Positions 1-13,220 of a stretch of 64,000 bases of DNA are shown piece by piece. The notes beneath the pieces are model-generated. The model saw nothing but the letters and a program-made list of their open reading frames with translations. It searched no databases and was not told the DNA's origin. Source of the DNA: Callorhinchus milii (taxonomy: Eukaryota); assembly GCF_018977255.1 (NCBI RefSeq), contig NW_024704742.1, positions 61,196,001 to 61,260,000 on the forward strand, given 5' to 3'. The first letter of the stretch is position 1. Each line of letters starts with the position of its first letter. Position numbers and translations under genes: made by a program.

Positions 1-288
1 ATGTTGCACACACTCTTAAATATTGCCACATGTCTCATCGGGTTCATCGAAAGGAATTGGAGTGTTAGACCTGTTATTTTTGAGCAGGGATTCTTCCCAT
101 TCAGCTCCTCTTAACCCTGCAAGCTACAGCCCTAATAGATATGTATGGTGTCCAAGCTGGACAAGCACAATTTTGCCAGAGAATGCTCTCAGTGCTGAGC
201 TATACAGTGTCAGCTGGTTAGACTCCAGCAGTACATCAACGCACACTCTGCGAACTCCAAGTTTTGCTTATAATTACCCAGCAACAAC

Positions 289-513
289 AATAATAATCCC
301 TGCATTTGATATAGCGCTTTTCATGTCGGGAGGACGTCCCAAAGCGCTTCACAGAACACACTGTAAAGTGAATTGACTATATATTTGTGGGCGAACGCGG
401 CAGCCAATTGCACACAGCAATGTCCCACAAACAATCGTAGATTGAAAAATGACCAATTTTATTATTGTTTTTGGTTTTTGGAGGGATTATTATTAGGCGT
501 GTGGAGTAAGGAA
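289..513 (-). mobile_element. 5'-truncated young SINE abutting an L2 tail (about 524-598, minus strand)
   Basis: Reverse complement of the body and tail of the 18443 SINE. Confidence 0.9.
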
Positions 514-3044
514 AGAAGATTACAAGAAGATTACATTTGTATAGCGCCTTTCACGTCAGGAGGATGTCCCAAGGTGCTGGACAGTGTACAGCATTTCACT
601 TGGTATGTAGGGTGTGTCCTCAGGGGTGAGTGTGTGTGTTCCATTCTAGCTGCAGGAACATTTCCATGTATGGCATATATAGGTGGCATACATATATATA
701 TATGTGGGATCCTGTTGGTTTGGATACTCTTAATTACTGTGATGAGTTTGTGCACTGTCAATTCCATGCATGTGTGCTTTGGACACCTCATTGACAAAAA
801 AACCCTGAGCAATTAGAACTTATTCCCGAGAGAGTTTACAGAGAAGAACCTGGGATTTTAGGATGACACCAATATCTGGTTGGGGTTTCTTTTGGATGTG
901 CTGCTTAATGAGCTGGGGGTGGATACAATGTTGGCTTCAAATGTGGCTGTATTAATCTGTACCCTATGCCATTTCTGAGACGTGACTTGTAAGATCCTGT
1001 TTTCACTAACATCAAGATTTTGCGTTTAATCTTTAGGTTGTGAAAGTGAGTCCCTAAGTGATTTTGACAGATCCCTACTTGCGTTGTGCAGCTCTGGAGC
1101 TCGTTATTTTTATAAGTACTCTTGAGATGTATAAAAACGTGCCGATTGTGGAGGAATGCAGTTTTACGTGAAATTGACTTGATTCCTAATCTGCAAACAA
1201 TAAGCTGCATTGAGAAATCTTTGGACTTGCATTTTGTTTTGTTTTTAAAAAAAGCACCTACATTATTTCTTGAGACTCCAATAAGCAGCAGTGGTTGCTG
1301 TGGTAACCCTGTTGCATTGTTTAAAATTTGCCCAGTAACTGTGGATAATGTGTCGGGAATATTAATAGAAATGCATACCACCATGTGCTATTTACTGTTT
1401 CTAAAGAAGAGGTCTCCTGATGCTGACATCATCAGAGCCATTGTCACTGCTTCACAGAGAGATTACTGGTACTAATTTCAAGTGAACATCTTCCCACTTC
1501 TACACAGTTATAGTGACTCCTACAAATGCAAAATATAGAAGATGATGACTAATGAGATAAAGACCCATACTTTCCTTCTGAGCGGTAATTGCTGTGGCTT
1601 CACTGTGCCATAAACAACTGACGATATCAAGCTACTTAAATTCCATATTTCAATTTAATGTGCATTTAATTGTAACAGGGTGGCAGTGGTTAAGTTAAGT
1701 TTCGCCCACAAAATATAGTCAGTTCACTTTACAGTATATTCTGAGAAATGCTTTGAGATATCTCAATGACGTGGTATTTATGAATGTTGCTGCAATATGT
1801 GAAAATGTGTCAGAAGAACAGGACTGTGCTCCTATTGAAATAGTCCAGTCAAACTTCAGCTTCACGATATTTAGTATTAGCTACTTCTACAAGTTGGTTC
1901 TGCCACATGACTACTAATCCATTCTGAACCAGGTGGAGGAAAAAGAGAAGGCAAGACAACACAGAAGAAAGAAAGCATCCAATTGGCCTGGCCTTCTATT
2001 GACTAAAATGGAAATGCTCTTGTACTAATATGTCCCAAACTATCCTACATTCCATATGGAAGGATGTCACTGTCGAGGTAGAACAGCCTAAAGGAAGGAG
2101 CACAATAATGAATTAAATAAATGTTAACTCATAATTCATAATGTACAACCATCAGATTTGGGATGTGATATTTATAGTTTGTCTATAGCTAGAGTGGGCT
2201 GGGAGAAACTCCCTTCTCTTTTCACAAAGTACCATGGGATCTTTAATGTCCACCTGAACAGGCAGATGGATGGTCGGTTTAACATCTCATCTAAAGGGCG
2301 GCAACTCCAACAAAGTAGCATTGCCGCACAAATTCCCCATAAGACCTTATTCTCCAGAAGGCTACCTGGTAAAGAACAACTCATGAGATCCAGAATTGGA
2401 AAAAAAATAACAGTACAGTACATATCCTTCAGAGGTTAGTTTTTTTGGCAAAGTATTTATGGTATAGAATACTTTCGACATAATTGACGGTTGAACCTGA
2501 GTGCTTAATAGCATTTAAAAGGACACTGAATAAAAACTTGAGGAAAAATCATTTTGATGATTGTAGGGAAAAATTGAATCAGGAGAAATAGGTAGCTGTG
2601 GTTAGGGATGCTAGCACCAACACAAGCATAATGGGTTGAATGTATACAATGATACTGAAACATTTCTATGGTTTAACTGGTGAGAGAGGTTCACAGGACA
2701 GCCAAAAATGTGATGGAGACTGAGAAGAATCTGCTAGTGTGCTCTCCACCCAAGAAATCTTGTAAGAATGGCTGTGGTTGACTTTCCAACTGACATTTGT
2801 TTATTTCCCTCATCTTCACCCACAAAATATACAATCAATTCACTGAAAAGTATATTCTGTGAAGCACTTTGAGACATATCAATGATAAGATACGGCGCTG
2901 TATCAATTGCAAGGATTAATATTATTATTCAGGGTGGTGAATTCCTTATGTCTTCCCAAATATGTGGCCCCAGATTGAGATCTCACCAACTGTGAAATTG
3001 TAGAGATGGTGGGGGCAGCGAGGGGGGTGGGAAGATAAAGAGTC

Positions 3045-3870
3045 AATCAGGAGAGCCTCGGTCTTGTTGACGTTCACCTGAAGAAAGTTAGTTCTCATCT
3101 AGGACTTGATGTCTGACAGACATTCAGTCAGGATAGTAGTGGTCCTGGAGTCATGGGTGGAGGCAGAGAGATAGAGTTGGGTGTCATCTGCATAATGTGG
3201 AGGTTGATCTCATGTCTGCGGATGATGTCACTAAGAGGGAGTGTGTAGATATTGAAGAGGAGGGGACTAAGGACAGAGCCCTGAGGAACGCCACATGAGA
3301 TGGTCTGGGGGTTAGAGGAGAAGCAATTTGAGGAGATGAAGTGCAGGCGGTGTGAGAGGTACTCTGAACCAATCAAGGACAGCGCCATGGAGGTTGAGGT
3401 GAGAGGAGAGGTGGTGGATGAGGATGGAGTGATCGATGGTGTCAAAAGCAGCAGAAAGGTCAAGGAGGACAAGGAGGCAGAGGGAGCCCTGGTCGCAGAT
3501 GGACAGAATGTCATTTGTCATTTTGACCAGGGCGGTTTCTGTGCGAGTGCGGCATGAAGCCCGATTGGAGGGCTTCGAGAAAGGAGTGGTGGGAGAGGAA
3601 GGAGCTGAGAAGCAACAACTCGTTCCAGAACCTTGGAGAGGAAGGGGAGGTTTGAAATGGGGCGGTAGTTTGGGAATAGAGAAGGGTCCAGGAAGGTTTT
3701 CTAAGGATAGGAATGATGACAGTGGTTTTTAAAGTGGTAGGAACAGTACCAGAGGATAGGGAGAGGTTAACAATGTCAGTGAGTAGAGGGGCTGGGAGGT
3801 AAGGAGTGGGGTAGGGATGGGGTCAAGGGATCAGGTGGTGGGTTTCATACGGGTTATGGTGGTTATGCTC
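3045..3870 (-). mobile_element. L2 LINE RT fragment
   Basis: [30 protein letters not shown] and [17 protein letters not shown] on the minus strand. Confidence 0.9.
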
Positions 3871-5180
3871 AACTATTACATTAGTTTGATAGGTGAAACA
3901 CCTGTCACGGCTGAAGCAAAATTGGTGAAGTGGTGACTCCCTCGCAGACACCTTCCAGTGTTTATTTTCAAAAAAAGCTTTTCTAAAATAAACCATGCAG
4001 TATTTCTACCCCACAGCACAGCCAGCGTCTATCGAACAAAGACAAGGCAGGGGGTCCCATGGGTGTGAATGAATTCCTGTTCTATTCACTGCAGGTTCAT
4101 CTCTAGTATGCCTTACTGAGTGGTACAGCTTACATTGGGGACCCATGGTCATTTACTATGTCTGAGCATGGACGGATACACACACTTGTGACAGCAGCCA
4201 TTTTAGGTGTTATTGTGCAAGAAAAGTAGCTAAACAGCACATGAAAATCTGCTCTATTATCAATATAAATACAAGCTAACTACAGGCAAATATATGGAGG
4301 AAATATCCTTCAAAACCTAGAATTTTTAAAATATTTATTTACTAAGTCGTTTATTTTTTGTGTTTATTTTTAAACGAATAAGCCTGTGGGGGAGTTGAAT
4401 CTTTGTTTTTGAACACAGCACCGTGCATTAGCAGACGCAATGAATAGCACTGAGGGTTATTGTTATTCTGCTCATGCAGTCGCGAGCTGCAGAAATGGAG
4501 CTTGTCAACATAACTGGAGCTGTGTGCTGTTGCCAGGCACCGCTCTCACTGCATTTAATCAGTGGGAAAAATGACTGTAGCTGTTGCCCATCACTGGCTG
4601 CACAGAGCAGCATTCAAATAGTGAAGTGAAGGCTGAAGGAGGATAAATGAAATGTAAATTGCACAAGATATTTCTATATATAGCCCTCGACACAATGATT
4701 TATAGGAGGATATGGTATCTCTTCTGGGATACAACTAGAGGAATTTTAACCAAGGCTTATGGCTCTGGTCTCTAAATTGATTTAGATTCAATGAATGGAA
4801 CCTGTTACCTAGACATGATGCATGCAAGGTGCCTCGTTCCGAGGTGAGTTTGTCTTTCTACACAAGATGGAGTTCAAGATCTGATGTGTGGCATTTGCAA
4901 ATTACAATTCAATGATCGATCCCTCATCCTAGCTTTGAATGCAGGATTGACATCTGGATAATTAAACATTGAGTGGGTGAGATTTACTTCTTGGGCTGAG
5001 AAGTGAAATCTCTCCTGAAAGAGATCCGATTGCAGAATTGAACTTCTGCTCACTGTACTTCAATTCTTGTTGTTTCAAAGATTTAAGATCCTTTGCCTTT
5101 TTAAATGTTATAGTAATAATTATTCTTAAAAAGCTTTGCATTTCATATAGCATCTTATCACATTGATAAGACATCTTATT

Positions 5181-8100
5181 ACAACAACAACAACTTGGAT
5201 TTATATGGCACCCTCCACGCCGGATGGCGTCTCAGAGTGCTTCACAGTAAAGGATCCTGGGGCCGAGCCAGGGGGAGGGGGAGGAAGGTGACCAAAGGTG
5301 CGGTCGAAGAGAAAGGTCTTCAGCAGAGACCTGAAAATAGGAAGAGGGAGCAAGGCGAAGGGAGTGAGAAAGGGAATTCCAGAGCCTCGGGGTGGAGTGG
5401 CTGAAGGCATGGCTGCGAGGGTGGAGCGGAGGACTTGGGGGATAAGGAGGCAGCCAGATCTGGAGGAACGAAGTCAAAGGGTACTGTTTTGAGGATAGAA
5501 GAGGTCAGAGAGGTAGGGGGTGCAGAGGATGGAGGGATTTGAATACAAGAGTGAGGATCTTGAAGTTGATCCCCTCTGGGATAGGCAACCAGTGCAGTCT
5601 GGCAAGGACTGGGGTGATCAGGGAGCGGAGTTTTGTGCGGGTGAGAATGCGGGCGGCACAGTTTTGAATGATTTGGATTTTATGGATGGTAGTGGATGGG
5701 AGACCGGCGACAAGGGCATTAGAATAGTCCAGCCGAGAGGTGATGAAGGCATGGACCAGGGTTTCAGCGGCTTTTGGAGAGAGGTATTGGCGGAGCCGGG
5801 CGATGCGTCAGATGTGGAACAAGGCGGTGCTGGGGAGGGACCGGATGTGGTGGAGGAAGGATAATTGGGGGTCGAACCTGACTCCTAGGTTGCGTATGGG
5901 TTGGGAGAGTTTTAAGGGGAGGTCTGGTAGGTGGAGGAGGTGAAAGCTGTGAGATTTTAGACATTGATGAGAGTCAAAGATTGTGGTATCTGTCTTGTCA
6001 CCGTTCAGCTAAAGGAAATTTGCGCTCATCCAGCCCCTGAGATCTGACAGGCAGGCTGACGGAACATCAGGGGACTGAGGGTCGCAAAGAGAGGTGGAAA
6101 AATTGAGTTAGGAGTCGTCCGCGTACATGTGGAAATGTACCCCATGTTTGCGGATGACAACCCCAAGAGGGAGCATGTAGGTCAGAAAGAGGATGGATCC
6201 TTGGGGTACCTCGTAGGTAACCGGATGAGAGCAGGAGGAGAAGCCGTTTGTGCAGATGTACTGCTGGCAGTTTGTGAGGTGGGACTCGAACCAGGCGAGT
6301 GCGGTCCCACTGAGGTGGATAATGGAGGAAAGGTGGTGGAGGAGGATGGCGTGATCAACTGTGTCGAACGCTGCGGAGAGGTCCAGGAAGGCAAGGAGGC
6401 AGATTGAGCTCTGGTCACAGATATAGAGATGTCATTTGTGACTTTCACCAGCAGTCTCTGTACTGTGGGCGGAAACCGGATTGGAGGGGTTCGAAGAGGG
6501 AGTAGGAGGAGAGGTATGCGCGACGTTGATTGGCAACAATGCGTCCTAGGACTTTTGCGAGGAAGGGCAGGTTAGAAATGGGGCGGTAGTGGCAGGGGTT
6601 TGAGAGATTTAGGGAAGGTTTTTTGAGGAGGGGTATGGTGACAGCAGTTTTGAGAGGGGGCAGGGACTGATCCGGAGGAGAGGGACTAGTTGATGACATT
6701 AGCCAGTAGTGGGCAGAAGAGGGGGAGCTGGGTGACCAGCAAGTTGGTGGGGAGGGGATCGAGGCAGCAGGTGGTGTGTTTCATGGAGGTGATGGTGGGT
6801 GAGAGGGAGGAGGGAGAAATGGGGAGGAAGGAATGTAGAATGGGGATGTTGTTAGGAGCAGATGATGGGGAGGGTGAGGGGGACAGAAAAGGCGAGGTGG
6901 TGGGTGACAAGAGGCAGGTGGGTGAGGCTGCCTGGCGGATGTTGTGAATTTTAGATGAAAAGAAGTCCATGACCTCCTCGGACTTGGCATTTGATATGAA
7001 GATTGAGGAGACCTGAGGGGGCTCATGGAGGAGGTAGTACATGTGGAAAAAAGCATTTTAGGGTCGTGTTTAGCCTCCAAGATGATGTTGGAGTAGAAGC
7101 CATTTTTGCGTGTGTCAAAGAACGGCGATAGCTGTGGAGATGCTCGAGCCACAGTTGGCAGTGGACTGGTAGGCCAGTTTTCCGCCATCTGCGCTCGAGC
7201 AGCTGGGTTTGGGTTTTAGGCGGCGGAGATCGTTGTTGTACCAGGGGGATCGGGTGGTTTTGGAGATGGTCCTGGATTTCAGGGGGATGAGGGAGTTGAA
7301 GATGGAGGAGAGCCGATCATGAGTAGCTGGATGGCTGCTTCAGGATCTCTGCAGGTGGAAGGCCAGAGGGATAGGATATTTGATGATGCGAGGGCCTTTG
7401 TGAGGGTCTCAGGAGGTAGCCTTTTCCAAGGGTGGTAGAGGATGGTTGAGGGCTTGGTGGAGGAGAGAGGGATGTGAGAGGAGAAGGAGATGAGGAAGTG
7501 GTCCGAGATGGTCTTGTCCACTATGCTGAGGTCAGAAATGTCAAGGCCGTGGGTGATAATGAGGTCAAGGATGTGACCACGTTTGTGGGTAGGTGAATTT
7601 ATATGAAGGGTGAGGTTTAGGAGAGGAGGGCAGTGAAGTTAGCGCAAGGGAAGTTTAGGTGGAGGTTGAAGTCGCCCAGAGCAGAGGGACAGGGAAGAGA
7701 GGAGAGTAGAGATGTCTGTGTGGAAGGAGCCGGGGGGCTTTGGGGGGCGATAGACGAGGAGGATTTTCAATGGGAGAGAGGGGTGGAAGAGGGTGAGGTG
7801 CTCGAAGGAGGGGAAGCAACCAGAGGAGTAGGGGGTAAGACCAATGGAGGTCTTGGAAATGAAGGCCACCCCGCCGCCACGTTGGTTTGGTCGGGGGGTG
7901 TGATGGAAGGTGTAGCCTGGAGGGGAGGCTTCCACTAGGGGGAAGGAGTCATTGGAGGAGAGACAGGTTTTGGTGAGCCCAAGAATGTCAAGGTGCTCGT
8001 CCAGGATGAGGTCGTGGATGGTGAGGGCTTTATTTGAGAGGGAACGGACATTTTGGAGGGAAATGTGGGTGGGTTTGCTGGAGGTAGGAGAGAGTGATGC

Positions 8101-8520
8101 GGAGAGGATTTTTGGGTGTACAGGAGAGATGGTTGTGGCAGGTGGTGTGAGTGGAGAGTTGGGATGGTATGTATGAGGGAATGCGGAGTTGGTTTTGCCT
8201 TAAGGAGGCGGTTTGAGCGGAGGGAGTGAATGATTGGACACGTGGGGTTGCTGCTCTGGGACAGTCAGTGCCGGGAGCCACGATGGACCCGGCGTAGATT
8301 GCCCAGGCTGGAGCAGAGGGAAGTGGTGACGGGGTCGAGGAGAGAGAGAAGGCGAGCAGGGCGGTGGGAGAGAAGGACAGAGGGGGAGTAGCGGATAGAA
8401 GGGGATGGGAGGAGAGACATTTATAGTGGAGGGGGAGGCTGGGGTTGGGGCAGTAGCCAAAACGCGCACGCAGAGACCGGGAGCGAGCGATCAGCGGGAC
8501 AGCATCAGCCCTCAGGCTCA
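5181..8520 (-). mobile_element. L2-clade LINE, near full-length ORF2, decayed (APE endonuclease plus reverse transcriptase)
   Basis: Minus-strand peptides EASPPGYTFHHTPRPNQRGGGVAFI..LLVYRPPK and SDHFLISF (APE) and [23 protein letters not shown] (RT), broken by frameshifts. 3' tail appears as (CAA)n at 5181-5194. Confidence 0.92.
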
Positions 8521-9109
8521 GCCTCTCAGGTCATGCACAATCAGACAGTCTCTCACACACAGTCAGACCGTCTCTCACATTTACTTTAACGAAACAACAG
8601 AGCCTCAAAGTGCTTCCAAGATTTAGCTGCAAAGTGTAGTGACTGTATTTACAGGTGAACATAGCAGCCAATTTAAGCCCAGTAGTTTCTCACAAACAGC
8701 CATGTGACTGGCTGAACAATTTTTATGTTATTTGGGTGAGGAGGTTTCATCAAGGAAATACAGATTTCAACATAGACATTGTGAACCAGTGATGTCAATG
8801 CATTTCAATGATATTTTAAAGTGAACTCTTTTAATTGCCTCAGTGGGAAATCAAATGTAAAATTAATATGCTGCTGCACAACTATTCTTTCCATGTTGTT
8901 ATTGTGTAAACAATGGCACTGGTTCCTTACTATGTTCATAATGGAAATGTCACAACATGTCACATGTGAGAGAGGCAGTTGTTCAATGGCAATAAAGCTA
9001 ATGACTGATTGTGTGTAATCAGTCATTACTGTGCTTATTAATAATAATCGCTGCATTAATAATAATCCCTTGGTGTGAAAGATGCATTTGGCATCTTTCA
9101 CACCAGGAA

Positions 9110-9490
9110 GACTGCTCAAAGTGCTGTGAAGTGGATGACTATTTGTAGGCAGTCCATTTGCATACAACAATTTTTCACAAACAGCCATGAAGTGAGTGAT
9201 CAATTTTATTTGCGGAATTGTTTCCCAGGACACTTGGAGAAACTTTCTTCTCTTTTCGAGTAGTGCCATGAGATCTTTAGTGTCTACCTGAACAGGCAGA
9301 TAGGACCTCAGTTTAATCTCATTCGAACGACAGCACCTCTGACAATGCAACACCTCCCCCTTCCCCCCCACTTCACCACTATAATAGAGGTTTCAGCCTT
9401 GACTATATGAGTTCAAGTTCCAACACGGAACTTGAACCTGCAACCTTCTGACTCAGAGTTGAGAGCACTACCAACTGAGCCAAGCTGACA
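9110..9490 (-). mobile_element. Ancient SacSINE1-like Deu SINE
   Basis: Minus strand reads tgtcagcttggctcagttggtagtgctctcaactctgagtcagaaggttgcaggttcaag...gcattgtcagaggtgctgtcgttcgaatgagattaaactgagg, matching the recalled shark DeuSINE head. Related remnants lie near 2190-2325, 39315-39560 and 39950-40290. Confidence 0.7.
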
Positions 9491-11639
9491 TCTAAATATG
9501 TTATACATATGCTGTATTGCCTTTCAGAACCTGTTCACGTGCCTCTGAGCATTTCTCCCAGCCTAGCCTACCAGGAAGAAGAAAATAACTTGAGGGCATA
9601 ACTTCCAAGTGGTAATTCATGTTCTATTTCTATTCTATTTACGTCTTTAATTGTATTATTCTAGAATGCTAGTGGAATTCTTGTCTCCACCCCCCACCAT
9701 CATAATAAATCTTAAATCAGTTATTTATATACATGTCATTCTATTCATGGGCCAATTTCGGGTGATGTATGATTGCATTACTCATCTGGGTTGCTGACAA
9801 ATACTCCATGATCAGCGGCATAACCTCTCCCACAAGCTACACGGGCTCCTTGATCTCAAATACTCTATGCATGGGAGCTAATAGCAACATCTAAACAGAA
9901 TTCAAGTTTGAATAGAGGCCACACGGATGGCTGGTAGAGGTGGAGGTGGGGAGCTTTACTCTGCCTCTCGTTGTGATTGATGCTGGCTCAGGGAGTCAAA
10001 AGTACAAACGTGTTCTGTCCCTCAGCACTCTCATTGCTCGTCTTGAGAACATAAGCATTCCACCTCCCCCTTCAAGGTCTGAGAATTTGAAGTTGGACCA
10101 ATCTAGATACTGATCCGATGCCATAACAAGATAATGTGGATAATTTCCTTCTACCATGATGGATGTTGTAGAGCTGAGAGATTTGAACTGGATTTCAGAT
10201 GTCTGGCTATGATTCAATGTTATTTTTGAGAGCTGATGACTGTGCCTTTACAGTTAACTTCCAGTTAATTTTGAGCAAGTAATTGTTGTTGTGTAGCTGT
10301 CTGCCTCCCTGGAAATATCTAAACTTTCCATGCATTTAACATTTGGATAGTTCATTGATATATGCTTTTCGGGCTCTCAGATGGGTGCAGGGGGCAATCT
10401 TTTGTGTCAAGTAATTGGTTAATTGCTTAAATTGAGTTAATTAATTGGTTAATTATTAAATTGAGTAGTTGTGTCAAGTTCTTAGGGGTATTATAACAAA
10501 CATGTTGATCTGTTGTCATCTTTTAAAAATAAAGTCTTAAATGAGCTTTCAGTCATTAAGTCCAGCTCTCTGGAATTCTCACCCCAAATCCTCTTTACAA
10601 TAATTTGACCATGCTTTAGGTCACTATTTTCAATACCTTCTCTTTTTTTGGCAATCCTCATTGGTTTCAGTAAAGGGCTTTGAGATTTACATCCGACATG
10701 AAAGGTGCTAATGGAAGTGCAAATTTTGAGGTTTTGAACTCATGAGTCTAAAATCCAAAAACCTGCACCGTCCACATTCATAGTTAATTTCCAGTTTACA
10801 TCAGCTGGAGATAATTGCCTCAAAATAAATGGAAACTGGAAAGCAGGAGATAAAAATAAGTGTTTTTGAAATGTCTTAATTTCATTTTGTAAATTCAGCT
10901 CAACAATCCGTTTTAAGGTGAATCATCAGTGTGCTTTCCAATTAAAGGTCTATCTAGTAAATAGTTCACAATAAGCAACCCAGGAGAGAACCATTTAAAA
11001 CCAGAGTAGTTTAACCAATTACTTGACCTAATGCAAGTAAAAATTTGATTTTATTCAACTGTGTCTTGTCTGCAATAAGAAAGACTGCACTTTTTGAAGT
11101 GTAATCAGTGTTGTGAATTACTCATTTATGAAATAATCGATGCAATCAGTGTTGCAAATTATTCTGGGGGAAACCAGGTGGCACATGATGGGATTTATAA
11201 TAATTCTTTCATTTGATATAATTCTTTATCATGTAGTTAAAACACCTCAGAATGCTTCTCAGGATTCACTGAAGTGTGGTGACTGTGTCTTTGTAGGAAG
11301 GTTTCGTACTTCATTTGACCGTGGATGTGTGAATGTTTGTTATGGCGGTGCACAGAGGAAGGTTCCACTTCATGCTGTTTGTCTTTAGGATTGGAAATGA
11401 GTGTTCCTGCCAGGAGGTGGTGATGTAGTCAACTGGAAGCAGATGGTCCTGGTGGATTATGTCAGCTCGCTAATTCAAAGAGCTCAATAGACATCCAATT
11501 AGGTCAGTCCCACTTTGGGACAATAGAGAGCACTTATTGTAGTAATATCCTAAATGGGCTTCAAAAGAAGCCTGGGATTGGGATCTTCCTGCTCCCAGAT
11601 GTCCTCAAATCTGTATCATGTGAGGTCATCAAATTAATG

Positions 11640-11905
11640 CGGCCCCACCATTGGTGGGTGGGCCTTCAACCACTCTGCCCCCACCGTCTGGAACTCCATC
11701 CTGCAGTCCCTCTGCCTTGCTCCCTCCCTTGCCTCCTTCAAGACCCGTCTTAAAACCCTCCTCATCGATCGTGCCTTCAGTCACTCTCCTTCCCCCACCC
11801 CTTGCCCTCGACCCTCCCGACCCGCAATTCAGGTCTGAAACACTGATTGTCCAGCACTTTGGGAAGTCCTCCCGACGTGAAAGGCGCTATACAAATGTAA
11901 TTTTT
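11640..11905 (+). mobile_element. L2 3' fragment
   Basis: ggtgggccttc...tggaactcc...aaaaccctcctc..gatcgtgccttc and tail cccgacgtgaaaggcgctatacaaatg. Confidence 0.85.
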
Positions 11906-12869
11906 TTGAGGTTGTAAACATAACTTCATTGTTTTTAAATGTGGTAGCCATTAGTTTTATTGGATCTTGAAAGTAATTTGATACTTGAGTATGGTGTTGA
12001 GTGATTGTTGGAGGTACTGTCATTTGGATGAAACATTATAAGTACAGTTCCATCTAGCTGTTCAGGTGTTCATGATGATGATCATGATGATCCCAAAGAG
12101 AGGGAGTTTCTCCTAATGTTCTGGTGACTAGACCTCCAGATTTAATTGGTTATTAATTTGATGGTTACTTGTGAGACTTTGATGTGTGCAAAATAACTGT
12201 TGCTTGCTGACAAAAGTAGGCACTTTATAAGCTTGGCAGTAATTACTGTGGAATGCTTTGAGATAGATGCTATGCAACTGTAAGTGCTGGTAGGTGGGTG
12301 GGAAAATGCAGTATCTTGAAAGTACTATTTGCACTGCACACTGAGACAGTCTTGTGGCAGAAAGCAGGCATTGCAGCATTGAGAATGGATTCTCAACATC
12401 TTTCCTTATCCAATTCAAGATAAAATTTTGGCATGTGATCTGAGGTATATTTTCACTGTATCCCATCCCAATATTATCCACATGTTTTTGTTGCCTGATT
12501 TCCTCCTTAATGACCTTCATCTTACTTTATGCACGTTCAACATGTGGAAACATGTAATTGTTAGTGCAATTTTATCTGGTTCTCAGAATGGTTCTTTTGA
12601 ATCAGAATTACTAGGTTAGATACAATGCTTCATTGCACCAATACAAGTAGCAACTATATCAATATTAATTATTAATATTAAAATGTTATTTTTTATTAAA
12701 TCTATTATCTAGGGCTAGATGTAAAGGAATCATATTTCAGTTAATGTGTAAGGAACAACTTGCAACTCGCTGTTACATAGTTGATGTTTTTATTTAGTAA
12801 ATTACACTTGTAGATTTGAGTGGGTTGGACATTCTATTGGAGCAGAGCTGTTTGATGTGTGATCTGACC

Positions 12870-13220
12870 GAGGTTTTAAGATAACAAGTGTTTGAGTGAA
12901 TCAATTGTGTAAGACTTTCCTCTTAAGTAAAGAATTTGAGGACAAGAAAGCATGAATTGCATGATTGTGACCAGGAGATTGAAAGCAGAGATTGAGAACA
13001 ATTTCTCCCTGTGGGTTGTCAGGAATGATTTGCCACCTGTTAACGCAGTCGACTGAGGGCATTTAAAAAAGAATTGGACAACCACAGATAGAGGAAGGGT
13101 ATTAAAGGGTACAGGGGATGAGCAGGAAATTCGAATTAGGATGGATGGGTTTTTGGGGAGGCAAGACCAGCACAAAATAATGGCTGAATGGTCTCCTGTG
13201 TCAATTCCATGGTTCTATGT
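12870..13220 (+). mobile_element. CR1 LINE 3' remnant
   Basis: gatctgaccgaggttttaagat...gcatttaaaaaagaattggac...ggctgaatggtctcctgtg..ttctatg, a CR1-type end. Confidence 0.65.

Noticed and set aside
8805..9371. 188-aa minus-strand ORF and other 60-160 aa ORFs across 1-39000
   Set aside because: They overlap SINE or LINE remnants or AT-rich intron, with no domain, splice structure or coding-like composition.
12661..12679. Palindrome aatattaat-t-attaatatt
   Set aside because: AT-only and expected in AT-rich DNA.
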